A stretch of DNA of 64,000 nucleotides from Paraphysomonas bandaiensis (Eukaryota > Protista > Chrysophyceae). Below, in pieces: positions 47,918 through 60,400 of the stretch. How positions within the stretch are numbered: the first letter of the stretch is position 1; each line of letters begins with the position of its first letter. The DNA lies in contig CBFFRP010000475.1 of the NCBI GenBank assembly GCA_965644295.1, forward strand, positions 62,001 through 126,000. The letters run 5' to 3'. Both the position numbers and the translations under genes were made by a program. The notes under the pieces are model-generated. The model did no database searches and was not told the origin of the DNA. It saw nothing but the letters and a program-made list of their open reading frames with translations.

Positions 47918-50900
47918 ATGGAAGAAACTCCGGCAAGAAGACTCGCCTTGCTGCCGGAGACCATCTCCCAGTCGGAGATGGTGACTGTATCTTTTAACAC
48001 CCCACAGTTCGAGCGGCAGTTGCGTTGCTTCGACGTTCAGGACATGCGCGTGGTGCACAGCTCTGACTTTTTTGATTTTCTGTTTGAGGCGTTCCCATCC
48101 AGTAGAAATCTTGTCCATTCACGCAGCAGTGCGCGCAGCAGATTTGCGAGGCTTTTCCCGCAGCGTACTTGTAACTACATCAGAGATGTGGACGGAGGGG
48201 GCAGCGTATTGAAGGGGGCTTTCTACCCACTAGAATCAGCAGCATATTTCATAAACACATTTAATCTTCCCGGCAATGAGAGACTTGTGTATCGACAGCT
48301 GGTGGCATTGTCTTTTCAGAACTCCCAGTGTCCAGGACTGCTGACCCTGGACACCCCCATGTGGGGCCCAATACTGTTATCGGGGCTGCATCTAGTACTT
48401 CCGATATCCCGGGTGGGCGAAGCAATACATCCATAATAAATACTGGTAACATCATGGCATACATGCATGCTAATATTATGTAGAACGCATTTATGTTTAC
48501 ACTGTAGGTATGAATTTGTCACTATATATATGCATAGTTGTAGAACTCAACACATACATACTTATAAACAAACTCATTACATCATATACTGTATGCACGC
48601 TAATATGTAGTCATTCATGATATCATTGTTGTTACTATTACACTGACCACATATACATCAGATCAGATTCCAAATATAAGTGGGGCTAAGCGAAAGATTG
48701 ATACGGCATTCACTGCAGGTAAGAAATTATAAACAATTACCAAGTAGATAACTAGAGCTCACAACATAACACCCTACTATTATTATTAGCTACATAATAT
48801 ATTTTATATATCGCTCATTGCTATATACTCTCGATCAACCACCATATATATTTTAATATAATATTGTTTTATGGCAATTTAGAAATTCCGAGAATTGGAA
48901 AAAAGTATGAGGCTGTGTCTGATTTAAAAAAGCAAACAAAGCACAGAATGAAGGTATGCCTTGTAGATATTATATATAGCTACGCATGTATAGTAGTATA
49001 AATTATTTCTGTTTGAATAGACATGGGTAACGAGGCATTTCATTGACGTTGCAAAGACATTAAAAGCTGGACAGGAGGATATTCCAGGGGTTATACAATT
49101 AGGTGTGCAAGGTGTGGAGGAGAAGCTGCATGAACGTATTGTTTCCCCCCACACTATTGAACCCTCTTCGATAGTAAATGATACTGAAGATAATTCAATG
49201 GTGCTGGCCTACAGAGTAAACACAGAGCTAGCTACTACCGCATCAAAGAGCGTGGCACAGGCCCTTCTGTCTACAGTGTCAACTACTGGAGAAATGACAC
49301 AGGCTACATTGGCCGAAAGATTTAAATGCTCTATGCGTCAGGTTAAAAAAGCAAAACGACAAGCCAAGATTAAAGCACCCGGTGTAGCACCGGTAACAGT
49401 ACGCAGGCGCACTTTAAATCGTGTTTCTTCCGATCGTCTGAAGAGTGTTGTCAATTTTTTATTGTACGGTGAAGGATGCACGTATGCACCGGCATGCCAA
49501 AAATACTACAGCAAAAAGGTGGGAGTAAAGTATATTCTTCGTGAATCCTGCCAACAAAGTGTTCAAGCATGCCGGGCGTACATGATAGCAGAGGGTGTTC
49601 GTCCATTGGGACATACCTTGTTGCACAAACTCTTCAAACATCCAGCCTTTACGACACAGGCTCCGGAGGAATGCACATGCAGTATGTGCTTGGACTACGG
49701 GCATTTTGTTGTTGTTGATGAGCTTCCAGAAATTTTGAATTGCATGGAAGAGGCGTGGAAGACAGCATTCCCGAATGAAGCTGGTGATGTGACACTGGTG
49801 TTCAAACATTTGCGTGTACGCGTCACTAATTTAGGTGCTTATATGATGGGCCCAGGTACTAATTCTTTTTTAATAATTATTGCATGCTTCTAATTTGCAA
49901 CACAGATATGGAAAGACATTTTCAATTACAAGCTGATCAAGTATGCAGATGTCTAACGACAGCCCTCAAGTCGTCACACGATCCGGCATGCATGCTGCAT
50001 TGCACCCATGCATCAGTAGGAAACCCCACTGTGCTGGGTTGTGAGGGTTCCCGCCAGGACGAGAACAACTTTTGCCAGTATTGTGCCAAAATTATATCAC
50101 TTCGGCAGAGACATTTCAGCTGTGCCACTCCAAACTGCAGTAATAAGTCTCATTGTATTTGTGTTAGACAACACAATCTAATGCAAATAGAAAGCGAGAT
50201 GTGGGTCTGCAGTGCATGTGCCATGAATTTGCAAAGTCTTACCCACTCTCCTGCATGTGCCAACTGTTTGGAACAATATCAACTTATTACAGACATCACA
50301 CAAAACTTGAATGCCTTGATGGAATTGGATGCATCGAAGAATCTTCGACAGAGTTTGAAATTCCTACAATACAGGATGAGTGTGGTCTGCAAAAAATTGG
50401 ATAATTTACGAGGGCACAAGGCTCGAGTAGTGGCACATAAGAGCAACTTTAGGCGAGTTCTGGGATTAATTTCAACTGACTGTAGCAAGTGTCTAGTACA
50501 CTCAGATTATAGCAGCAAAATTAGCTTGAAGCCGCACCGTACCAGAACAGCCGAACAAGGTATCAAGGTTGTAGCACATATTTCAGTACTGACTTATAAA
50601 TACCCTTCGTTGGATATCCGCCAGAGCTATACTGACACAGACTTTGACGCAGTATATGGCCCCTTTGACCCTGTCAAGGAGGGAGACCTTTTTGAAGAGA
50701 ATATCCAGACGTTATGTGACGACGCTTCCTTAGACTGGACTCATGCTACCGCAACATTAGAGTGTGACATCAGGTGGATAAGAACACATCGCCCGTGGCT
50801 GAAAAATCTATATCGAGCAACAGATAACGTCGATTACTACAAGTCAACTTTGCCACTTTGTGCTTTGGTAGATATGAATGAACACTTGAAAACGACTGCT

Positions 50901-52262
50901 ACTGATGACACGAGCATTCGTATCCTGGAGAATTTTGGTGAGGAGCCTGGACATGGGAAATGTCGATCCGATACCATCACTGCTTTTATCAAAGGGACTG
51001 TAAAGAGGGCAAGAAATGATGGAAAGAGTTTTGTCAATGCCGCTGATGTTGTCAACGAACTTCAACAAAAATCCCCTGTTGGGTATCATGTTCAAGAGAT
51101 GCTTCTACCTCGACACAAAAAGTCTGTCAGAGCAACATCCGCCATCAAAGGGATCAGCGACATAATTGGGTATAAGTTCTTGCCTTCAGCGGTTGTTTTG
51201 CAGGAAGTACCACCCTTGGGAAAAGGAGTTATATTACCTTACACAGTAAGTGTAATAATCTGCTGTTTAATAATTCTTTTCAACACTAATACTGCCGTCT
51301 GATAATGCTAATTTTTTGAGTAGGATCTTGTAAGTAAGCGTAGAGGTGTGATGTCTCTAGTGCCAACCGGGGCACATATTGTTGAGTCATCAGTGCAGTC
51401 TGTTGAAGCAATTAGTCGACAACTATTACCGAAGCCGACTCACGAAACAAGGCTCAAAATTAAGAGGGCGGTTCAACAGAGAAAGCTTGACGCAAAGACG
51501 AAGAGATTAATGAAAGATCGAATGGAGTGTGATAGAGTAGAGTCCGTATTAAGCCAGTACAAACCTACTATTCCCTCTGCACGGTCGACAGACTCTTCCT
51601 CAACGTCAGCTACTGTGGAAACTCATTCCACGACTCGCAAATTTCCGACACCTGTAGTCCGAATTCTAGATCTGCTGGATTCTGGCATGAAATCTCATCC
51701 CTCGAACATACTGCTAGGTGGGAAAATGGATATATCACAGAAAGAGATAAGCATCAGAATATCTTCCTTACAGGAATTACCCCAAATGGATGTTCAAGGG
51801 AACGTTGTCTCGAAAGTTAGTTGCTCTTCAATCAATGCCGCGACGATTTCAGTGGGAATAAAGTTGCACAAAGTAAATGACATAGTGATCAGTGCAGCCC
51901 ATCTCCACGAGGGTATGGTTGAATTTTTACATAGGACATTTTCCTGTGAAAACGATTCTCTCATTTGTCATTTCACCATGGGACCTCGGAAAGTATTTCC
52001 CCTCAGTCCAGGATATGCCCGTCGACTAAACAAGGAAAACATACTGGAATCATTTACTGAAGAAATGAAAGACTGGTTGACAATACAGTATGATATGCCT
52101 GATAAAAGACAGGCTCCGACAATCCGACGGTACATGAAATTACACTTTGTAGAGCCTTGGAAATGGCTTACTGTTGGTCAGATTTCCTCTTGGATTAGCA
52201 TGAAAACGAGAGAGAAAAATAACGCCCCTTTAGTCCTTCCGTCTCCAGAAATCGTACGATAA
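47918..52262 (+). CDS. Spliced DDD-type transposase (Sola3-like motifs) with HTH, CxCxxC and PHD-like finger; 5' exons uncertain, possibly frameshifted near 48280
   Basis: Phase-consistent exons 48662-48718, 48883-48953, 49021-49855, 49906-51245 and 51324-52262 join the three track ORFs. Motifs HSDYSSK...HISV, YRATDNVDYYKS, EPGHGKCRSD...IK..VKRARNDG, IKGIS, LSPGYA...FTEEMKDWL...WLTVGQISSW. Confidence 0.75.
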
Positions 52263-52748
52263 TTGTAACACATTTATGAATGATAATAACCTTAAGTAGT
52301 ACAAACAGAAGTTGACATTATTTATTTTGCTAAGGTTTGCTCTTCTCAATTGATAAGATGAAATTATAAACATTACATGATAAAGAACCTAAGTTGAATT
52401 CGATATGTTCACAACCACTCATTTACTACTATAGTGTACAACCACACACTCAGTAATCGTATCCTGTATAGTCACCAACTTATATTTCAGTTTCATACTA
52501 CTCAATATAATGTACTAATTATATATCTTTCGATCCTTGCATCTCACATAATACTGCACTCAATTGCAAGTATATAGAATCTTCAGATCTCAACAAGTAC
52601 AAATCAAAAAAAGGTATCTGGTACAATCAAATCTAAGAAGTAAAAACAATAATATATAAATATACGCTTAACAAACATTAAGATAAATATGTTAACATTC
52701 AATAAACAGCATCATCCATTGTTTCACCTTATTATTAAGTCCTTGTAG

Positions 52749-53310
52749 CAGGGCTAGGGAACAATATATTGCAATACTGTTGTTAAATAGGGTTGTATCG
52801 ACGGAGTATCCGTACATATGAGTATCACGTAGCACTAATCAGTAAGTAAACACATCCGTAGATTCCAGTTTTAGTATTAGTCATTAAAATCACATGATAT
52901 CCAAAACCACTACTGCATTGGCGTTCAAGTGTATTGGAAGTACATACTACAAGACTCGTGCACCTGTACATAGATATTTCAATCTTTCATTTCTTAATTT
53001 TATTAGCTCACTGAAGAAACCACTACTGTCTGAACGGAGATATATTCTAACAGCATCTTTCCCAGATCTTGTCAACTCAAATTCTTCGCCTGCTTGGATT
53101 TTTTTTAATTCCATTCTCAGAATTCGGATCACTAGCAATGGAACTGTTTTCTTTAAAGCAGGTTTGGGATACCTAGCCCCGAAGTCCATCAATAAGCCGT
53201 CAAAAATGTTCCGGTCTTCATAAAGATTCACTTGACTAGAGTCTCCTGTTTGAAGTAGCTTAGACACGCTTTCAAACTTTCTCAGGTCGTCTACAAGCAA
53301 AGCTCTGGGG
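52749..53310 (-). pseudogene. hAT-like transposase C-terminal remnant with one terminal repeat, nested in the Sola element
   Basis: LLVDDLRKFESVSKLLQ...LYEDRNIFDGLL...KIQAGEEFELTRSGKDAV resembles, from memory, oomycete/stramenopile hAT-like RNase-H proteins. Ends at CAGGGCTAGGGAAC, shared with 27700. Confidence 0.55.
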
Positions 53311-54265
53311 GCTTGTGGGGTGGTCCATACCGGTGCCTATGGTATTACAGAAAATAAAATAGGGGTACTTAATATTAAAATGTATTAAATCACATATATA
53401 TATGGTAATGTAATGTTATAGAAAAAATATATTAGACACATGGTTTATAATGTACCGGAAGTCTTCTTTACACTCTGGGGGTGATCTATGGGCGTCTGGG
53501 GTGGCACGTGGCGGTGCATGTGATAGCGGTACAATTAGAAGAAAAATATGTTTAATACGTATATAAATGCTAAATTACGGCTTCATTAACAATGTATATA
53601 TAGTCTACAATGTATCTGTCGTGTTGGTCACCCTCTGAGGGTCGTCCAACGGCTCCTGGGGGTTGCAATCTATAGGAGGCTGATATCTGTATTGTTATGA
53701 CATATTACAATAATATCTTTCGATAAAATCATCTATTTCTTAGATCATACGCTGCCATAGCAAATATACTTATGATGTATGCACTTTAATGTCTCTGTGA
53801 AGGTGGTAAATTGCTCTCGAGCTGACTGTATCTGATAATTCCATACATATATTCAGAGTCTCATCTCCTGTTCCACTGTATTGTATACCGGTATACAGCA
53901 GTATACTCATACGTGAAAATGGTGGTGATGGTGAGTGTGAGTTTGGGTGTGGTGATGATGAGTGCCTGTTTTTTAGGTCGAGTGGGACCATCTACGGTCC
54001 TACAAGTGGAAGGCTGGTCCACTTTGTCGAAAAACGTCTCTATGGAATGTATGATGATGCCGTACTTTTGTATTCCACTGTAGTCCTAATGTCCAGATGA
54101 GGAATTCGGAGCAAACACGTACTCCTGTATGTAGTCCAGGTCTATCTAGAACCATATCCAAGCAAGGGTATAGTTATGTCCTCACGTAAACGGACACTGC
54201 TGTGATATGTATATCGAGTAGCGAAGTGTGACTGTGACTTCATGATGGCTAACAAATCACATATA

Positions 54266-54428
54266 AGTACCTGAATATGTGCATACTGTATATTCATATG
54301 GATATGGAGTGTGTGATGTGTGATTAGATAGAAGTGAAGTGAAGTGAAGTGTGAAGTGTGAAGTGTGAGAGGGTTATGAGGACCCATCACTGCAATACAC
54401 TCATATTCATATGGATGCTGTCATATAC
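54266..54428 (+). promoter_or_regulatory. Shared promoter/leader cassette (copy 3 of 3)
   Basis: agtacctgaatatgtgcatactgtatattcatatggatatggagtgtgtgatgtgtgattagatagaagtgaagt...ATGAGGACCCATCACTGCAATACACTCATATTCATATGGATGCTGTCATATAC, as in genes 1 and 2. Confidence 0.75.
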
Positions 54429-57400
54429 AGTATTAGGTAATTATATACATAATGGTATCATAATTTCACCAGATAATTGTTTTTATGGTTCAGTGGCATG
54501 GTCTCTACGTATTGATGAGAAGGAATGGATATCAGATCCTTCAAATATTATAAAGGATAGAATATTATTAAGAAATATTTCTTCTTCTAATGTTAATGGG
54601 GGAACGGAGTCAGAGCCCGTATACTCAGTAGATACACGCCGTCGAATGAGCTCCTCTATTGCGTGTGATACCCTCAATATTTCTGTGAAATATAGTGTTA
54701 CAACGATACCCAATATATCGGACACAGTTTCCATTGACGTGGCATCAACAGAGGAGTGGATGGTAGCTTCATTGAGCTCATCTTGCCGGATTATACGTGT
54801 TGACATTGGTACCAATAAAATCACGAATATTGCTGGGTCTGGTGTGCCAGGCTCTTTTGATGGTGTCGGAACTGCTGCATCTTTTTCGTATCCAATTGAC
54901 ATTATCCTCTATTTGAACGATAGTGCAGCGTTGGTCGCGGACTACTATAGCCATAGAATCCGGAAAGTTGTGTTGTCAACTCAAGAGGTCACGACATTAG
55001 CTGGTAGTTTTAGTGGCTACATGGATTCAACCGGAATTTACGCGCAGTTTCGTACTCCAAATAGTCTTGCTCTGACGTCAGATGGTAGGTATGTTACCAT
55101 TACGGATTGCGCTGACAATCGAATCAGAAAGCTCGATGTACATTCAGCTTATGTAAGCACGTTGGCTGGATCAGGTGCGAGTAAAGTGATTGATGGGATT
55201 GGGACGAATGCTGCCTTCTCCTGTCCAGGGGGTATAGCTTTGTCGCCTGCTGATTCCTATGCTCTTATTTCAGGGCATACCGTGAATAGAATTCGAAAAA
55301 TAGAATTATCATCACTCAAAGTAGTAACGTTAGCTGGCTCAGACTGTGCTGGGAACAGGGATGGTATAGGTACAATGGCGTGTTTTCACTCACCTTGGGG
55401 TATATCGATATCCCCTGGTGGTTCAATCGCACTTGTTTCGGACTGGGCTACAAGTGTAATTAGGAAGATAGTGTTGTCCACAGGTGAAGTGACGACAATC
55501 GCAGGTTCACCATATCATGAAGGGATAAAAGATGGAATTGGCACGAATGCTACTCTTTCTTCCCCCTCTAAGATTGCGTGGTTTGCAGATGGTTCAAATG
55601 CTTTTATAGGAAATGCTGGTGGCTCTGCTCTTCGAGTTATTAGTACTTTACCTACATATTATGTTGAGACACTGGCGGGGTCGGGAGTACCTGGAACAGG
55701 ATCAGGTGTTGGTACCGCGGCAACATTTAATTCACCTATAGGAGTGGATCTATCACATGATGGCTCGTTTGCGTTGGTGACAGATGGTCACAAGATCCGA
55801 AAAGTAAACTTGACATCTATCGATGTTTCAACTATATCTGGTGCAATTTCACCTGGGTTTAATGACGATATCGGACTGGAGGCTGAGTTCTACTCTCCCA
55901 GTGGTGTCGCAATCTCCTCAGACGATACGTATGCATTGATCGCTGATAAAAGAAACAATAGAATTAGGAAACTGATAATGTCGACTGGAATGGTGTCGAC
56001 ACTCTCCGGTTCAGGGTATTTTAGTAGTGTCGATGGAATTCGTACGGAATGTAGTTTTTATCTCCCTACAGGAATTACTATATCATCAGATGATCACTTT
56101 GCACTTGTTACAGAGCCGACTTTGGGGAAAATTAGAAAAGTCATAATTTCAACGGGTTATACCAATTCTTATGTTGGAATTTATCATGGAAACGTAGATG
56201 GAGTGGGGACAAATGCTCGATTTAATGATCCTCGTTTTCTTGTTCTGTCTCAAAGGAACGACTTTGCACTTGTAGCGGACAGTGGCAATCACATTATTAG
56301 AATGATTACTATTTCAACTGGTGAAGTATCGACCGTTGCTGGCACTGGCTCATCGGGTAATACCGATGGTAACTTTAACCAGGCTAGCTTTAACTTCCCA
56401 ACTGGGTTGACTATATCATCCGATGATAGTTATGCATTGGTCGTTGACAACCGTAATCACAGGATAAGAAAGCTTAGTTTACAAGGTGGATTTGTGACTA
56501 CTTTGGTAGGATCTGGTGACCCTGGGTGGAAGGATGGGGTAGGAGTCGAAGTGATTTTTAAGTTTCCTGCCAGTATTGTATTATCTCCTGATGACAGCTA
56601 TGCAATAATAACGGACGTGGGTAACCACCGAGTTCGAAAGCTCCACATGTTGAGTGAGCCAGATTGTGAAGATTCCTTTGCTTCGTCCACAATGTCGCCA
56701 ACTTTTATACCGTCCATGTTACCTTCAGTGCTTTTGTCGTCGTCACCTTCAGACGTGCCACTTTCATATTTCACCATAATTCCAACCTGTCCCACTCCTA
56801 CTTTGTATCCATCAATCGTCACGAATAATACGACATTAATTTTGAATTCATTGCCTCCAGTGGTGCCATCGTCCACCCCTTCAATGATTCCACCATGTTT
56901 TCCATCGTCATCTACACCTTCAATAGTTCACGGTTCTCCCTCATCATCTACCCCTTCAATAGTTCATGGTTCTACCTCATCATCTACCCCTTCAATAGTT
57001 CATGATTCTCCATCGTCATCCACCCCTTCAATGATTCCACCATGTTTTCCATCGTCATCTACACCTTCAATAGTTCATGGTTCTCCCTCATCATCTACCC
57101 CTTCAATAGTTCATGGTTCTACCTCATCATCTACCCCTTCAAAGATTTCCTCATGTTTTCCATCGTCATCTACACCTTCAATAGTTCACGGTTCTCCCTC
57201 ATCATCTACCCCTTCAATAGTTCATGGTTCTACCTCATCATCTACCCCTTCAATAGTTCATGATTCTCCATCGTCATCCACCCATTCAATGATTCCATCA
57301 TGTAATCCATCATCTACACCTTCTATAGTTCATGGTTCTACCTTATCATCTATCCCTTCAATTGTTCCTGGTTCTACCTCATCATCTACCCCTTCAATAG

Positions 57401-60400
57401 TTCATGGTTCTCCCTCATCATCTACACCTTCAATTGTCCATTGTTCTCCCTCATCATCTACACCTTCAATAGTTCATGGTTCTCCATCATCATCTACCCA
57501 ATCAACGATTCCATCATGTAATCCATCATCGTCCAACCCTTCAAAGATTTCCTCATGTTCTCCATCATCATCTACACCTTCAATAGTTCATGGTTATCCC
57601 TCATCACCTACCCCTTCAATAGTTCATGGTTATCCCTCATCATCTACACCTTCAATAGTTCATTGTTCTCCATCATCATCTACACCTTCAATAGTTCATG
57701 GTTCTACCTCATCATCTACCTCTTCAATGATTCCACCATGTTTTCCATCGTCATCTACACCTTCAATAGTTCACGGTTCTCCCTCATCATCTACCCCTTC
57801 AATAGTTCATGGTTCTCCCTCATCATCTACCCCTTCAATAGTTCATGGTTCTACCTCATCATCTACCCCTTCAATAGTTCATGATTCTCCATCGTCATCC
57901 ACCCCTTCAATGATTCCACCATGTTTTCCATCGTCATCTACACCTTCAATAGTTCATGGTTCTCCCTCATCATCTACCCCTTCAATAGTTCATGGTTCTA
58001 CCTCATCATCTACCCCTTCAAAGATTTCCTCATGTTTTCCATCGTCATCTACACCTTCAATAGTTCACGGTTCTCCCTCATCATCTACCCCTTCAATAGT
58101 TCATGGTTCTACCTCATCATCTACCCCTTCAATAGTTCATGATTCTCCATCGTCATCCACCCATTCAATGATTCCATCATGTAATCCATCATCTACACCT
58201 TCTATAGTTCATGGTTCTACCTTATCATCTATCCCTTCAATTGTTCCTGGTTCTACCTCATCATCTACCCCTTCAATAGTTCATGGTTCTCCCTCATCAT
58301 CTACACCTTCAATTGTCCATTGTTCTCCCTCATCATCTACACCTTCAATAGTTCATGGTTCTCCATCATCATCTACCCAATCAACGATTCCATCATGTAA
58401 TCCATCATCGTCCAACCCTTCAAAGATTTCCTCATGTTCTCCATCATCATCTACACCTTCAATAGTTCATGGTTATCCCTCATCACCTACCCCTTCAATA
58501 GTTCATGGTTATCCCTCATCATCTACACCTTCAATAGTTCATTGTTCTCCATCATCATCTACACCTTCAATAGTTCATGGTTCTACCTCATCATCTACCT
58601 CTTCAATGATTCCACCATGTTTTCCATCGTCATCTACACCTTCAATAGTTCACGGTTCTCCCTCATCATCTACCCCTTCAATAGTTCATGGTTCTACCTC
58701 ATCATCTACCCCTTCAATTGTTCATGATTTTCCATCGTCATCCACCCCTTCAATGATTCCACCATGTTTTCCATCGTCATCTACACCTTCAATAGTTCAT
58801 GGTTATCCCTCATCATCTACACCTTCAATAGTTCATGGTTCTACCTCATCATCTACACCTTCAATAGTTCATGGTTCTACCTCATCATCTACCCCTTCAA
58901 TGATTCCACCATGTTCTCCATCATCATCTACACCTTCAATAGTTCATGGTTCTCCCTCATCATCTACCCCTTCAATAGTTCATGGTTCTACCTCATCATC
59001 TACCCCTTCAATTGTTCATGATTCTCCATCGTCATCCACCCCTTCAATGATTCCACCATGTTTTCCATCGTCATCTACCCCTTCAATAGTTCACGGTTCT
59101 CCCTCATCATCTACCCCTTCAATAGTTCATGGTTCTACCTCATCATCTACCCCTTCAATTGTTCATGATTCTCCATCGTCATCCACCCATTCAATGATTC
59201 CACCATGTTTTCCATCGTCATCTACACCTTCTATAGTTCATGGTTCTCCATCATCATCTACCCCTTCAATAGTTCATGGTTCTACCTCATCATCTACCCC
59301 TTCAATTGTTCATGATTCTCCATCGTCATCCACCCATTCAATGATTCCATCATGTAATCCATCGTCATCTACACCTTCAATAGTTCATGGTTATCCCTCA
59401 TCATCTACACCTTCAATAGTTCATGGTTCTACCTCATCATCTACACCTTCAATAGTTCATGGTTCTACCTCATCATCTACCCCTTCAATGATTCCACCAT
59501 GTTCTCCATCATCATCTACACCTTCAATAGTTCATGGTTCTCCCTCATCATCTACCCCTTCAATAGTTCATGGTTCTACCTCATCATCTACCCCTTCAAT
59601 TGTTCATGATTCTCCATCGTCATCCACCCCTTCAATGATTCCACCATGTTTTCCATCGTCATCTACCCCTTCAATAGTTCACGGTTCTCCCTCATCATCT
59701 ACCCCTTCAATAGTTCATGGTTCTACCTCATCATCTACCCCTTCAATTGTTCATGATTCTCCATCGTCATCCACCCATTCAATGATTCCACCATGTTTTC
59801 CATCGTCATCTACACCTTCTATAGTTCATGGTTCTCCATCATCATCTACCCCTTCAATAGTTCATGGTTCTACCTCATCATCTACCCCTTCAATTGTTCA
59901 TGATTCTCCATCGTCATCCACCCATTCAATGATTCCATCATGTAATCCATCGTCATCTACACCTTCAATAGTTCATTGTTCTCCATCATCATCTACCCCT
60001 TCAATTGTTCATGGTTCTACCTCATCATCTACCCCTTCAATTGTTCATGATTCTCCATCGTCATCCACCCCTTCAATGATTCCACCATGTTTTCCATCGT
60101 CATCTACCCCTTCAATAGTTCACGGTTCTCCCTCATCATCTACCCCTTCAATAGTTCATGGTTCTACCTCATCATCTACCCCTTCAATTGTTCATGATTC
60201 TCCATCGTCATCCACCCATTCAATGATTCCACCATGTTTTCCATCGTCATCTACACCTTCTATAGTTCATGGTTCTCCATCATCATCTACCCCTTCAATA
60301 GTTCATGGTTCTACCTCATCATCTACCCCTTCAATTGTTCATGATTCTCCATCGTCATCCACCCATTCAATGATTCCATCATGTAATCCATCGTCATCTA

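Larger units (their letters stand above)
47716..54040 (+). mobile_element. Sola-superfamily-like DNA transposon, 6,325 bp, with TIRs and 4-bp TSD
   Basis: Left GAGGCGTTTTTCGACAAAGCGGACCAG (47716-47742); right reverse complement GAGACGTTTTTCGACAAAGTGGACCAG (54014-54040), 25/27 identical. TATG flanks both ends (47712-47715, 54041-54044). GAG...CTC termini and 4-bp TSDs are Sola2/3 features. Confidence 0.85.
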
